From a virus (taxonomy: Duplodnaviria; Caudoviricetes), in the IMG/VR virus record IMGVR_UViG_3300031760_000010, positions 32,001 through 96,000 of that record: a stretch of 64,000 bases of DNA, one strand, 5' to 3'. Below are positions 10,675 through 20,624 of this stretch, piece after piece. The position numbers and the translations under genes are program-made. Each line of letters opens with the position of its first letter. The stretch's first letter is position 1. The notes under the pieces were generated by a model. It worked only from the letters and a program-made list of their open reading frames with translations, ran no database searches and had not been told where the DNA came from.

Positions 10675-11776
10675 CCTATTTGTTTCGTCCCAGGCTCTTT
10701 ATCCTGGGCGGCTCCGGGTTTCCCCGGAGTGTCGGACTATATCTTCACCTACGACTTTACGTTTAGGTGTTCGGCGCTCGTGGATGAATTATCGCTTTAC
10801 CCGCTCGTCATCTAGTCTCTAAGCTTTCCCATCTTTATTCGGTATTGGATGGGCTTAGTAATTGATTGGCTTATGTGTGTGATAATAATTAATTAGCCAT
10901 TTCGAAATAATAATTGTGATATAATTTCTGCTTTTTTGCCGCTCTTGATATGCAAGAAATCATACTTGATATTTTAATAGATAGTTTGCATTGCTCTTTA
11001 ATCCATGCGCAAGCATCCATTATCGTATCTGTGGTTAGTATATAATTTTTGTTTTGATCATATATATGAACTCGTTTGGCATTGGGATTTTCTTTTCCGG
11101 TTTGATGAGATAGGCGGTTTTTTGTTTTCGCTAACCACTGTTGATACTTTTCATCCGACATTCGTTCTTTTGGGGAAACCCCAAACATCGCGTTATTAGC
11201 ACCCGATGAAGTAATGCTGTATCGCTGTTTTAATTCGGCTACTTCTTCAGGCGTCTTTAACTCCCAATAATTGATTCCATAGGCAGGATTCTTTTCCCCT
11301 TTCATGGCCTCAGAATGTTGAATACACCATTCTTTGCTATGCACCATCCCCACACTACCATCTCCTCCAAAAGTATGGTTGGTTAAATGCCCTGGTTCAT
11401 TCTGACGATTATTATAACCAATAATATCAATCCCATAGCCTTTATTAAAAACATAATCCATAACAGTTTCATGTTCTAGTCGGTATGCTTCTTCTTCAGA
11501 TAAATTATCATAAAGAATATTTACACGCATTCCCACTTTATTAACAATTCTATCATGATGTTCGTTCCGTCTAGTATTGTAAGCTCGTTTCTTTCGTCCT
11601 TTTCCCACATAAAAACAAGTATCATTATCTAATCTAATATGCTCATATACACAATATCCTTGATCTTCTATATATTACACCTCCTTTTTAATTTAACTAT
11701 TATCACACACACTTAGCGTTCCAATTTTCACCGAATATTTTTTACGCATATTTCTATACGCTGGCCCAGTATGTTA
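10675..11776 (-). mobile_element. Group I intron (~1.1 kb) in the RNA polymerase gene
   Basis: Exon ends in U, intron ends in G; core elements CTTAGAGACTA (R) and AAGATATAGTCC (S); splicing restores NNGSDQDSD. Confidence 0.88.
10889..11671 (-). CDS. Intron-encoded GIY-YIG homing endonuclease
   Basis: CVYEHIRLD...FYVGKG...RAY motif, NUMOD-like repeats (GEKNPAYG, GANNAMFG, GKENPNAK); probable ATA start 8 nt after AGGAGG. Confidence 0.85.
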   Translation of the reverse strand: MEDQGYCVYEHIRLDNDTCFYVGKGRKKRAYNTRRNEHHDRIVNKVGMRVNILYDNLSEEEAYRLEHETVMDYVFNKGYGIDIIGYNNRQNEPGHLTNHTFGGDGSVGMVHSKEWCIQHSEAMKGEKNPAYGINYWELKTPEEVAELKQRYSITSSGANNAMFGVSPKERMSDEKYQQWLAKTKNRLSHQTGKENPNAKRVHIYDQNKNYILTTDTIMDACAWIKEQCKLSIKISSMISCISRAAKKQKLYHNYYFEMAN

Positions 11777-13481
11777 AGCCGTTATTCCGATCCTGTGCAT
11801 CCGTTCCAATCATATTTAATGCTATAATCAATTTCCCAAATGTGAAATACCTCTTAAACCGTTCATCATAATGATTATGTAAATAATCCAGATTATTTCT
11901 ACTATTGAAAGGGTTCCTGAATCCAGCAAGATATTCACCATCTTCAAATCGTTCCGTATAACATTGAATTGCACCGTCTTCAATCATCAACGTATCATCT
12001 TTATGATAATCATCCCCGGCTGAAGCCAACAACATAGCATACGGAGATCCAACAATTACAAGATTGTCTGCTTGTTGAATAAGTTTACCTGTCTTTACAT
12101 TTTTTACATACGTACGAATTATTTCTTTTTTTCTTTCTCTAAAATAATCACAACGTATGAATTCCGGGTTATGCTCAACTAATGCGACAAGTACTTCATA
12201 ATCATTTGCAAAATTAGTATTTCTTCTCAAGTAATCTACAAATACAGCATCATTCCGCTTTAATTGCTGTATATAATCCAGAGTCTCTTGGCATATATTC
12301 TCCATTAGGTCTATATCTAATGCATTAACCATCTGATAGCTCATACGCTGTACCTCACCCAATTTACTAGGATGAGCTGTCTTCACTATACCAAACTGGC
12401 AGCCATTTTTTCGTACCCATTCAGACCAATATTCAAAATCAACATGAAACTTAAGCCACTTAAGTGCGTTTTCAGTGGTAATCAATTTTACATTCCTTGC
12501 TAATATTTTATGACCCCACATGTCTTCAACTTCAGCAGTTTCATATTGATCACCAAAATAATCTTGATAGAAGAGTTGTATATTGCTTCGAAAGGCTGCC
12601 ATCTTACAGAAATGATGTCGTAAGAGAATATAACCCTCCCCCCATTCCGGGAAAATGCTCTCATCAATTAATGCCTGTCCATCAAATAATGTATTCTTTA
12701 CTTTATAATCTTGTCTGGGAACTGCTACACAATGTTTGTTTTGATCCAATTCAACACTAATGACATTTGTTTTAAAATGGGCATCAATATCCTTTATAAC
12801 TAATATCTCTTCAGGTTTTATGGTGATCTTACCAACAATAGTACTAGTCACGAGAGAAGAGTAGGCTCCTATTTCCACAACAGGAGCGTTTTCATCAGGA
12901 AGTTGTATCCCCATACGCAAAAAAGAGATAGCCGCATCATAAAGGCCATCTCTAATAAACATACATGTTCCCTTCTTAGCTTTTCCGGGAGTCCTATACA
13001 GCATCTTATAATGTATTACATCAGTCTTAATTACTTCGCCCTTTTTATTATGCGTCTCATACTTTATATCTACACCATTTATATAATAGTATTCTCTTAA
13101 TGTTTGTCTTGTAACCTTTATAAACTTATCTTGATTTTCTTCTGCTTTTTCTTTAAGACGATGCATTACATTAGTATATTCTGTCAGTTCCTTATCAGAA
13201 ACTTTGCCCTTATCGTATTCTTTTTGTTTGTTTTTAATTCGTTGTTCTATCGAACGAATTTCTTCTTTATAACTCTTGACACCATAACTAAATTCCAAAC
13301 AAATGACGTCGCGGGTACTTTCTTCCTTCCAAACATTTAGCCCATTCTCTTTTAAAAAATCTAAGAATAGGCTATTAGTTAGCATAGCGTCCGTAGTATC
13401 ATATTTATCACGAATCCCTAAATCATATCCATAAATAGAGCCAGCTTGATAGTTTTTTATCTTGTAGCCAAATTGGCCCAT
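11777..13481 (-). CDS. Single-subunit RNA polymerase (YonO-like), exon 1
   Basis: YRTPGKAKKG, LFDGQALID, LLRHHFCKMA, RMSYQMVNAL, FRNPFNS; ends at DRNNG just before the DxDxD motif. Confidence 0.85.
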
Positions 13482-13510
13482 ATAACATCACCCCTTTTGG
13501 CTGAAAATAA

Positions 13511-13705
13511 TTACCGTCGATTTAAATCATTAATTTTATATTTAACATATTCAATCAACTTCCGTCCTGTTACAATATCCTCATCTCCTATTGCAAATTC
13601 ATAGGTCTGTAAATAACGTTCTGCAGTAGAAATCACCCAACTAACTCCCTCTACATAACCATATTCATAACCATTTTTATACTCATTTTCTTCCATTAAA
13701 CTCAT
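13511..13705 (-). CDS. Hypothetical protein
   Basis: ORF in packed minus-strand operon. Confidence 0.5.
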   Translation of the reverse strand: MSLMEENEYKNGYEYGYVEGVSWVISTAERYLQTYEFAIGDEDIVTGRKLIEYVKYKINDLNRR

Positions 13706-13708
13706 AGC

Positions 13709-14161
13709 TCACCACCATAGATTTCTAAAGTATTTTGCGAACAAAACCAACCCCACCTGAATTTGTTCATTATATTTATCCCAACTGGAACGCCATTCTT
13801 GCCTCACATCAGGGTCAATATTAGAAGAATAAACCTTTTTACCGTCTTCTTCTTTTATAACGGTTGTAATAAAATCATCAGATATTAAAGGCTCCCGATC
13901 ACCATATGCCACTTCTCCAAAAGACCAAATCATTTTATCCAAGATATCCTGCCAACGTTGTTCTGCGTCTTTAACAAACCCTGGATCTTGCCGCAAATTC
14001 CCTTCTTCATCTAATAAGAACTGCCCTGGACACCCGGTAACTTTCTTAAATTTCTTTAATCTTGGAAGGATAAACTTAGCAATCGTCACATCCAAGCTCC
14101 ATAGTTCTTCATCTTTAAACCGGGTATAAATACCGCGCTTTTTCTTCTGCCGTTTATTCAT
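13709..14161 (-). CDS. Conserved phage hypothetical protein
   Basis: ELWSLD..IAKFILPRL...LFAKYFRNLW pattern typical of large phages. Confidence 0.65.
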   Translation of the reverse strand: MNKRQKKKRGIYTRFKDEELWSLDVTIAKFILPRLKKFKKVTGCPGQFLLDEEGNLRQDPGFVKDAEQRWQDILDKMIWSFGEVAYGDREPLISDDFITTVIKEEDGKKVYSSNIDPDVRQEWRSSWDKYNEQIQVGLVLFAKYFRNLWW

Positions 14162-14885
14162 TCACTTTCCTCTTTCTATTCTTCCAACGTATCTTAGTTA
14201 CGATTTCACTAATATCATACGTCTCTGTTTTTTCATTGCCATTACTCCAAGTGGTCATTGTATAACTGGTGGGGATTTTTTCATCTCCCGTATAACCCGC
14301 ATCTTGCAGCCGCACTTCATAAGGTATTCTATCTAATTTAGAAATACGAGATGGAAGATTGTAACAACGCTTACATAACGGTAGGAACCATCCATAATTA
14401 TTTACAATGTGAGCATCCAACGCACCGCATTTAATGCATATATGTTCTGAAATAACTTCAAATGCATTTGTAACATGTGCTATTGGTTTAGCATAATTAT
14501 TATGGTAAACCCGAAGCTGCCCATATTTTTCTTTCATTTGATTGATACGAAAAGAAGTAACAAAATTAGTTGCTTCCAGGGCTTTTTGCATTTCTTCGCA
14601 CCAAATATCTCCAAAAGCTTTCCGCCAGCCATTGTCCATTGCATCTAATTCAATGTGATCGTAAGGACGTGACACCCAGCTTATCTTATCTGTCCATACG
14701 TTGCGAGGTACCAGCCAGGGATATTTCTTGCAAAGTTTCTTGTTACGAATTCTTTCTTGTTTCAGTTTTATTCCGTTTTTCCTCCCATGGCGGTGATACG
14801 GACGCTTGCCATACGTTTTAGCAATTTTCCGCTCCGTCCATTTATCAATGATCCGCCATCTTGGATTGCTTTTTTTATTTTTCAT
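14154..14885 (-). CDS. Conserved phage protein with QMKEKYGQLR motif and Zn ribbon
   Basis: QxKEKxGxLR followed by CxxCG...CxxC. Confidence 0.65.
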   Translation of the reverse strand: MKNKKSNPRWRIIDKWTERKIAKTYGKRPYHRHGRKNGIKLKQERIRNKKLCKKYPWLVPRNVWTDKISWVSRPYDHIELDAMDNGWRKAFGDIWCEEMQKALEATNFVTSFRINQMKEKYGQLRVYHNNYAKPIAHVTNAFEVISEHICIKCGALDAHIVNNYGWFLPLCKRCYNLPSRISKLDRIPYEVRLQDAGYTGDEKIPTSYTMTTWSNGNEKTETYDISEIVTKIRWKNRKRKVNE

Positions 14886-14896
14886 GTCTACGCCTC

Positions 14897-15283
14897 TTAA
14901 TCATTAGCTGTAAATGTGAATGGAACAATTGCCTTAGGAATATAATTAATTTCATAATGATACTTGCTTACCGCAGCACCGCCAAGATCTTCAACCACGT
15001 ACATATTATTATCGGTAAGATTTATGATATGTTTGTGATACCGGCCATTATCATCTTCCACAATAGCGTCAATTCTGCCAGAACCCACATTAATACTCAT
15101 CTTTCCAATAACTTCAAATTCAACTTTATCAGTACGAGTATTAATAATAACTATGCGGCGGTAGACATTAAAATTATCTGCTTCTTTTGCAATATTCTCA
15201 CTTACTTTATCTGCCTCTGTGCACCCTGTTAAAGACAACGCCATAACGAACAACATCATAATAGCTATAAATATTTTTTTCAT
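14897..15283 (-). CDS. Phage lipoprotein
   Basis: Signal peptide with lipobox LTGC; EADNFNVYRRIVIINTRTD. Confidence 0.75.
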   Translation of the reverse strand: MKKIFIAIMMLFVMALSLTGCTEADKVSENIAKEADNFNVYRRIVIINTRTDKVEFEVIGKMSINVGSGRIDAIVEDDNGRYHKHIINLTDNNMYVVEDLGGAAVSKYHYEINYIPKAIVPFTFTAND

Positions 15284-15483
15284 AACTTCTCCTTTATTCC
15301 AAAACGATCACATAATGTATTAAAGAATTGGATCTGAGCCTGGTATAAATCATTTTGTATCTTTTTAACATTAACCCCACGCGCTTCTAATTCTTCTTTA
15401 TACTTATCCAAAGAGCGCATCATTGCGGCACGAGAATCAGCTGCGTCAATTTCTTTCGAGTCCCAAAACTTTTTTCCACTCAT
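15280..15483 (-). CDS. Hypothetical protein
   Basis: ORF overlapping the next start. Confidence 0.5.
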   Translation of the reverse strand: MSGKKFWDSKEIDAADSRAAMMRSLDKYKEELEARGVNVKKIQNDLYQAQIQFFNTLCDRFGIKEKL

Positions 15484-15485
15484 TT

Positions 15486-15746
15486 TTAACTATGCCCCGC
15501 TTTCATATAAGCTCCACAATTAGGACAATAGGGAGAGTTGTTCCAAGGCTGTACATCATATCCACATGCAGAGCATATATAAGTCATGACATCAGTGCCC
15601 GCCCATACCCAATGGCCTGTTTTTATTGGCGGTAGTGCTGAAAATGCTTCTGCTAATACATCAGGATCAATATTGTATTTTTCATAATCTCCATCCATTC
15701 CTATATAACAATTGCGGTCATCGTCTATATCAATCCATCTACTCAT
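15486..15746 (-). CDS. Zn-ribbon protein (GHW...CSACG...YCPNCG)
   Basis: Same module family as 43.8-46.5 kb genes. Confidence 0.6.
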   Translation of the reverse strand: MSRWIDIDDDRNCYIGMDGDYEKYNIDPDVLAEAFSALPPIKTGHWVWAGTDVMTYICSACGYDVQPWNNSPYCPNCGAYMKAGHS

Positions 15747-15769
15747 AGGAATTTACCTCAGATTCCATC

Positions 15770-16111
15770 TCACTCATTCCGTTCACTCCAATCCAGTTTT
15801 TGCCCGCATTTCGGGCAATGCTCAAAATGATAGATCATATAAGCACTGCAGCTGGGACAAAGTGGGTCATTACGATAATAAGATGGGTCATAAGGTTTTC
15901 TTGGCGCCATCTTTTGCAGACTCTTGGTATCAAACCAATATGCTCTGCGTTTCATCTCATCCTCCTCGTCAAATACAGCACTTACCTCCGCGTATGAAAA
16001 GTTCCCATTCTTATCTATTTCAATATAGAAACGATTCTTTCCCCAACCCAGGTCTATATAATGATCCTGATGTAACTGTTCAATCTGTTCTGGTGTCAAC
16101 TCTATTTTCAT
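15770..16111 (-). CDS. Zn-ribbon hypothetical protein
   Basis: CPSC...HCPKCGQKLDW. Confidence 0.6.
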   Translation of the reverse strand: MKIELTPEQIEQLHQDHYIDLGWGKNRFYIEIDKNGNFSYAEVSAVFDEEDEMKRRAYWFDTKSLQKMAPRKPYDPSYYRNDPLCPSCSAYMIYHFEHCPKCGQKLDWSERNE

Positions 16112-16127
16112 CCTCTACTCCTTCCAA

Positions 16128-16376
16128 CTACGGTACCAACTCAGGCGGCACTACTGGTAACTGCAATTCTTTAACTTTATCTTCATATATCGGGTCGTAT
16201 CCCTCACAGATACCAGCATATACAGGACCATAACACATATCTGCAAAATAACCACAATTATCACAATATATATGAAACTCTACCGGACCGATTCCGTATT
16301 CCGACCATTGCGTATATTGTATTTCTGAATTACAGACAGGACACTTCATTATCATCTTACTCATTAGAACCACCAT
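16128..16376 (-). CDS. Zn-ribbon hypothetical protein
   Basis: CPVC...CDNCG. Confidence 0.55.
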   Translation of the reverse strand: MVVLMSKMIMKCPVCNSEIQYTQWSEYGIGPVEFHIYCDNCGYFADMCYGPVYAGICEGYDPIYEDKVKELQLPVVPPELVP

Positions 16377-16935
16377 TTAATTTATCATGTAAAGAATCAA
16401 ATGATTTGTACTCTTTGTATACCCAATACCAAGCAGTTGTTTCCGGCCAGCCATTTGCTATCATCTCTTCATATAATTCTTTACGATAATATTGATGCAT
16501 TGAGAGATGAAGCCCCTCTGTATTTGCTTTTTTACCATACTCAGCTACCCGGTCCGCTATAGAATAATCTATATCTGATACAAAGTACCCCCCGGTATGA
16601 AGAGCTGCTTCTTCCGTATTATAAGGTACATGATTCCTTTTACAACGATTGTAATAACGAAGGGTATACTTCAGTTTCCAATTCAGACGTTCCTGTTCTT
16701 CCTCATCCACAAAAGAGGAAGAGGAGAGATGAATCCTTCCTTGATTATTATAATAACCAGCCATAGTAACTAAATAGGGGTAATAAGGTACTAAATCTTT
16801 TTCTGAGGTTATATGTAATGGTACTATATGCCCGGCAGCATATACTTTAAGAGTTCCCTCTATTATATTGTTGATCCGTTTCTCATCCAGACAATCATAA
16901 AAGTCGCATTTACCTGAAAATCTGCTCATAATCAT
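16357..16935 (-). CDS. Hypothetical protein
   Basis: AGGAGG RBS and upstream sigma-A promoter. Confidence 0.65.
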   Translation of the reverse strand: MIMSRFSGKCDFYDCLDEKRINNIIEGTLKVYAAGHIVPLHITSEKDLVPYYPYLVTMAGYYNNQGRIHLSSSSFVDEEEQERLNWKLKYTLRYYNRCKRNHVPYNTEEAALHTGGYFVSDIDYSIADRVAEYGKKANTEGLHLSMHQYYRKELYEEMIANGWPETTAWYWVYKEYKSFDSLHDKLNGGSNE

Positions 16936-16949
16936 CCTCCTTTTAGGAT

Positions 16950-16978
16950 AGTATATATTATTTTGGATTAATTGTCAA
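16950..16978 (-). promoter_or_regulatory. Sigma-A type promoter
   Basis: TTGACA-N17-TATACT on minus strand. Confidence 0.6.
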
Positions 16979-16992
16979 GTACGTTAATTAAT

Positions 16993-18009
16993 TTATTCAG
17001 TATAAAGAGTAATGAGATAATCTGAAAGCTTACGCTGGGCAGACAACCAGGCTTCTGTATAATAAGGATGTTCTGAATTCATTGAAGTAATGTATTGCTT
17101 TACGGATTGATTATTCAGAAACTGAAATACTTTTAAATTAAGATCCCGTTTTATCTGGTCCTTATTAGTCACTTCACTTAATACTTTGTAAGAATAATAC
17201 AATTTATAGGTCTTATAATAAAATAACCAGTCAGGTCTTGCTTCCTTCATTAATTGATCCAGCTCCTCATAATATTTCTTCTTCTTTCCTTCGTTTAACC
17301 ATAACTCACGTATATCTTTGATCCCCTGGCGCTGCATAGCTTCCTTTTGTAATTCAATAATACATTGTCTGTCCTCAGTCGTAGCTTCACGTAATATTGC
17401 TTCATTATTATTCTGTTGCACCCGGATTACATAAGTCTCCACATACTGAATAATACCTCTGTTCTTCATTGAATTAAGAGAGGATACCAGAACATCCCGA
17501 AAATAAGAATCAGTTCTTAAATAAAAAGAGGAGATATCTGAAGTTAGTAATTTGAATTCCTTAGCTAATTGTGTCTGGTCTTCATTCTGATGATACCGGG
17601 CATACCGCTGATTCGCCAGCCCACAGATAATACTCAAATCAATAGGCTTCAAATATAATACTTGTTCTCCTGAATTATAGATATAAGAAGTTAATATATC
17701 TATTACATCTGATGCATATTTGCTGGATGACGTTACTGGAAGATAAGGAAGAGGAGACGGATAAATCTCTGATATAAAGTATTTGCTTCCTACCTTTTCA
17801 TAATTAAACCATCTGCTTAGTTCCAGTAACTGACGCTTCTTTTGTGAACCGGCAACTGCGGGTAAGTTTAATAATGAACAGAGTGACTTATATGTATATG
17901 GTGTATTGGTAACTAATGCAGCTGTATCAAGTTCTGTTATCTGAGGCAACAGCTTGTTGTTCTTATTACTTACTTCTTCTTCATTACCTCTGAAACGAAT
18001 GATATCCAT
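16993..18009 (-). CDS. Putative DNA-binding/replication initiator-like protein
   Basis: AGGAGG RBS before ATG 18009; basic, YKSLCSLL..GSQKKRQL..FISEIY N-terminal pattern; function inferred from context. Confidence 0.5.
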   Translation of the reverse strand: MDIIRFRGNEEEVSNKNNKLLPQITELDTAALVTNTPYTYKSLCSLLNLPAVAGSQKKRQLLELSRWFNYEKVGSKYFISEIYPSPLPYLPVTSSSKYASDVIDILTSYIYNSGEQVLYLKPIDLSIICGLANQRYARYHQNEDQTQLAKEFKLLTSDISSFYLRTDSYFRDVLVSSLNSMKNRGIIQYVETYVIRVQQNNNEAILREATTEDRQCIIELQKEAMQRQGIKDIRELWLNEGKKKKYYEELDQLMKEARPDWLFYYKTYKLYYSYKVLSEVTNKDQIKRDLNLKVFQFLNNQSVKQYITSMNSEHPYYTEAWLSAQRKLSDYLITLYTE

Positions 18010-18155
18010 AAACACCTCCTTTACATTGCATCCACATGGTAAGGATTGCGAATTCAAAGCGATTTGTATGTATAATAATTTGTTAAATAATAAATTAAAA
18101 GATAATATGTTAAATTGTATATACAATACTTTATTATCTTATGCGGCGACTTAAT

Positions 18156-18221
18156 AAAGTTAATTTTTGACTCTAAAAACCCAATACTATATATTTTATT
18201 ATTGGGTTTTTGGAGACAAAA
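18156..18221. repeat. 22-bp imperfect inverted repeat with a third copy at 30454-30484
   Basis: TTTTGACTCTAAAAACCCAATA / TATTGGGTTTTTGGAGACAAAA. Confidence 0.8.
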
Positions 18222-18381
18222 GTTTAAAAAAAGCCAAGTGAGAATTGGTAAAAATTGAGGTGGAGGGTATAGCAAAAATTTATGTCACAATTTTATTGTA
18301 GATGGAATAATGGCTGATGGGGGTTGATATAATCGTTGATAAAATAATAATGGGTGGTTGGGCTGATAAAAGATTGATGGG

Positions 18382-18410
18382 ATTATAGCATGGATGAGGA
18401 GATGTGTCAA
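18382..18410 (-). promoter_or_regulatory. Consensus sigma-A promoter driving leftward transcription
   Basis: TTGACA-N17-TATAAT with extended -10 TG. Confidence 0.75.
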
Positions 18411-18819
18411 GGATGGTGGGGGATGGAGTGGGAGATGGAGAGATGGGAAGATAAGTGTTTATACTTAACTGTTTTATGATTTTAATATTTTTCGATTTAA
18501 TGGCCGATGAATAATTTTTAGAGCTGTATTAACAAGGTTACTATGAAAAAGAAAAATAAATTAAAGAAATATGAGATAAATATGAGATTGAAAAAATGAG
18601 TCAGTGTAAAAATGGACCCGCTATTGGGAAAATTGAAAAAATTTGTCGAATTTTGGTTCAAACACCCCCTGATTTCCTCAAAAAAACTGTAATTTTTCGC
18701 AAAAAAGTTTGGTTTTATGGTAGTATTGAATCGGAGGAACTATGTAAACCGCTTTTCGAAAACACTTTTCAAAAACACTTTATTAAAAGCGCCGATTGTA
18801 TCGGCAAAAGGAGGCTTAT

Positions 18820-19926
18820 ATGCGTACACCTAACACACTATCCGAACAACTCAATTCTTTTTTCGGTATTTCAGAAAATAATTATCCGATACCGCAAAAT
18901 TCAATCGAACGCTATCAAAAAACAGTTGAACTATCTAATCTGTTTAACGAATTGAACGAAAGTACCGCCGAAAATAATGACGATATTTTTTCGCCGTATA
19001 TTTCAGAAAAATCGTTATTAAAAGCGTTTTTTGACCGTCTAAGCGACGCCGAATATCGTGTAAAAATGGATGAATACGACGAAAGTCTAAAAACCGCCAA
19101 GTATCATTTTACACCATTCATACCTGCGTCAGAATTTACCGATATAGGCGAGTATATTGCCCAAAACAATTTGCATATCATTTTAACTAAAGTTGTCTTA
19201 AAAGGACTTTTGAGATATTCAACTAGACGAAAAGCCCATATTGCAAATACGGCGAAAAAAGCGCCGTCTTTCCGTAATGATTGGGCGATAGAACGAATAA
19301 TCACTAGTGGTTACAACGATCAAATTTTTGACGATATGACACAAAATGTAGCGTTGTGTATTTACGAAACTTTGATTCCAAATGGTATGATTAGTTTTGT
19401 ACCATTCGAGAATGATTTATGCTTATTTGATATTCATTTTGACATAGACCAAAAAGCGTATATCAAATTATGGAATGTTGTACAAAATACATTTACTCAA
19501 TGCCATGGTCACTCATATAGCGTGAAACATGCGTCAATTGAATCATTATCGGAAATAGGTGTACAATTTCAGACCGCCGAAAATGACATTGAAACGCGAC
19601 TTGCAAATATAAGATATATTGATAGTTTTCACGCAAATATGTGCATAATGAAAATATTCATGAAAGATAAAATGTATCATGAATTGACCGCTATCATTGA
19701 GGGAATATTAAAAGGATATAATCTTGAAACAATCAATAAAGCAACGAATATTCGTTGCGACTATGTTATCTCAAAAGCGCGTTTTTTCCATTGTTTCGCG
19801 CTTTTAGTACAAAAAGGACACACACAAAACTATATCTGTAAAACTATGAATATATCTGAAAAAACTTATAATAGGTATATAGCAAAATTGCCTGCCGACT
19901 TTGGGAAAATGGAATTTGCAATCTAA
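18820..19926 (+). CDS. Protein with C-terminal helix-turn-helix (possible sigma-like/early regulator)
   Basis: AGGAGG RBS; GHTQNYICKTMNISEKTYNRYI HTH; distinct codon usage. Confidence 0.6.
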   Translation: MRTPNTLSEQLNSFFGISENNYPIPQNSIERYQKTVELSNLFNELNESTAENNDDIFSPYISEKSLLKAFFDRLSDAEYRVKMDEYDESLKTAKYHFTPFIPASEFTDIGEYIAQNNLHIILTKVVLKGLLRYSTRRKAHIANTAKKAPSFRNDWAIERIITSGYNDQIFDDMTQNVALCIYETLIPNGMISFVPFENDLCLFDIHFDIDQKAYIKLWNVVQNTFTQCHGHSYSVKHASIESLSEIGVQFQTAENDIETRLANIRYIDSFHANMCIMKIFMKDKMYHELTAIIEGILKGYNLETINKATNIRCDYVISKARFFHCFALLVQKGHTQNYICKTMNISEKTYNRYIAKLPADFGKMEFAI

Positions 19927-19939
19927 TTAAACTATATCG

Positions 19940-19971
19940 AATACCGCCGACTTCGGCGGTATTTTTTTTTT
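19940..19971 (+). terminator. Rho-independent terminator
   Basis: AATACCGCCG-ACTT-CGGCGGTATT followed by T-run. Confidence 0.85.
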
Positions 19972-20190
19972 GAAAAAAATTGGTTTTTTCTAGTCTTGAT
20001 TGATAGTTATAGTGTAAGGATTGATTGAGAATGACATAGAAATATGTCATTAGAAAAAACCAAAGATAATTCTATGTTTTTTCAAACATGGAATTATTTT
20101 TCAAATTTTTTTGAAAAAAATTGGTTTTTTCTAGTCTTGATTGATAGTTATAGTGTAAGGATTGATTGAGAATGACATAGAAATATGTCA
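19965..20190 (+). repeat. Two identical 85-bp direct repeats (19965-20049, 20106-20190)
   Basis: Exact duplication offset by 141 bp; each has TATAGT and palindrome TGACATA-GAAA-TATGTCA. Confidence 0.9.
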
Positions 20191-20624
20191 ATCATTCATT
20201 CACTTGCAAGTGCGGTTAGTTAGAGTCGCAACCGCTTTTCCGAATGACTTAAAATGGACTTTGTGAATGAACGGTTGACATTGGGAAGTGTCAAATCCTC
20301 ATCAATCTGCGCACACCGCATGGTTAGAGCGAGTCTCGGCGGACAGGGGCGAAGCTCAGACGAATCTAGCCAGACTTTGGATGACCGTCTTAAAATGTCA
20401 CCCCGCTTGTTACCGCAGACGTTAAGGCGGTAACCGCCAAACCCGGCAGGCTGTAGAAATGTTCCGGGTTGCTTTTCGGTGGATCGTTGACCCTGAGAGG
20501 AGTCTCTCAGGAACCGATGAACGTCTTCTTAGTCTTGCACCCTTGCAAATTCTAGGGCATAGTTCTAGGACTTGCAAGGATGCAAGACTGCATCCTAAAA
20601 ATAATATTTTTAGGAGGTCATATT

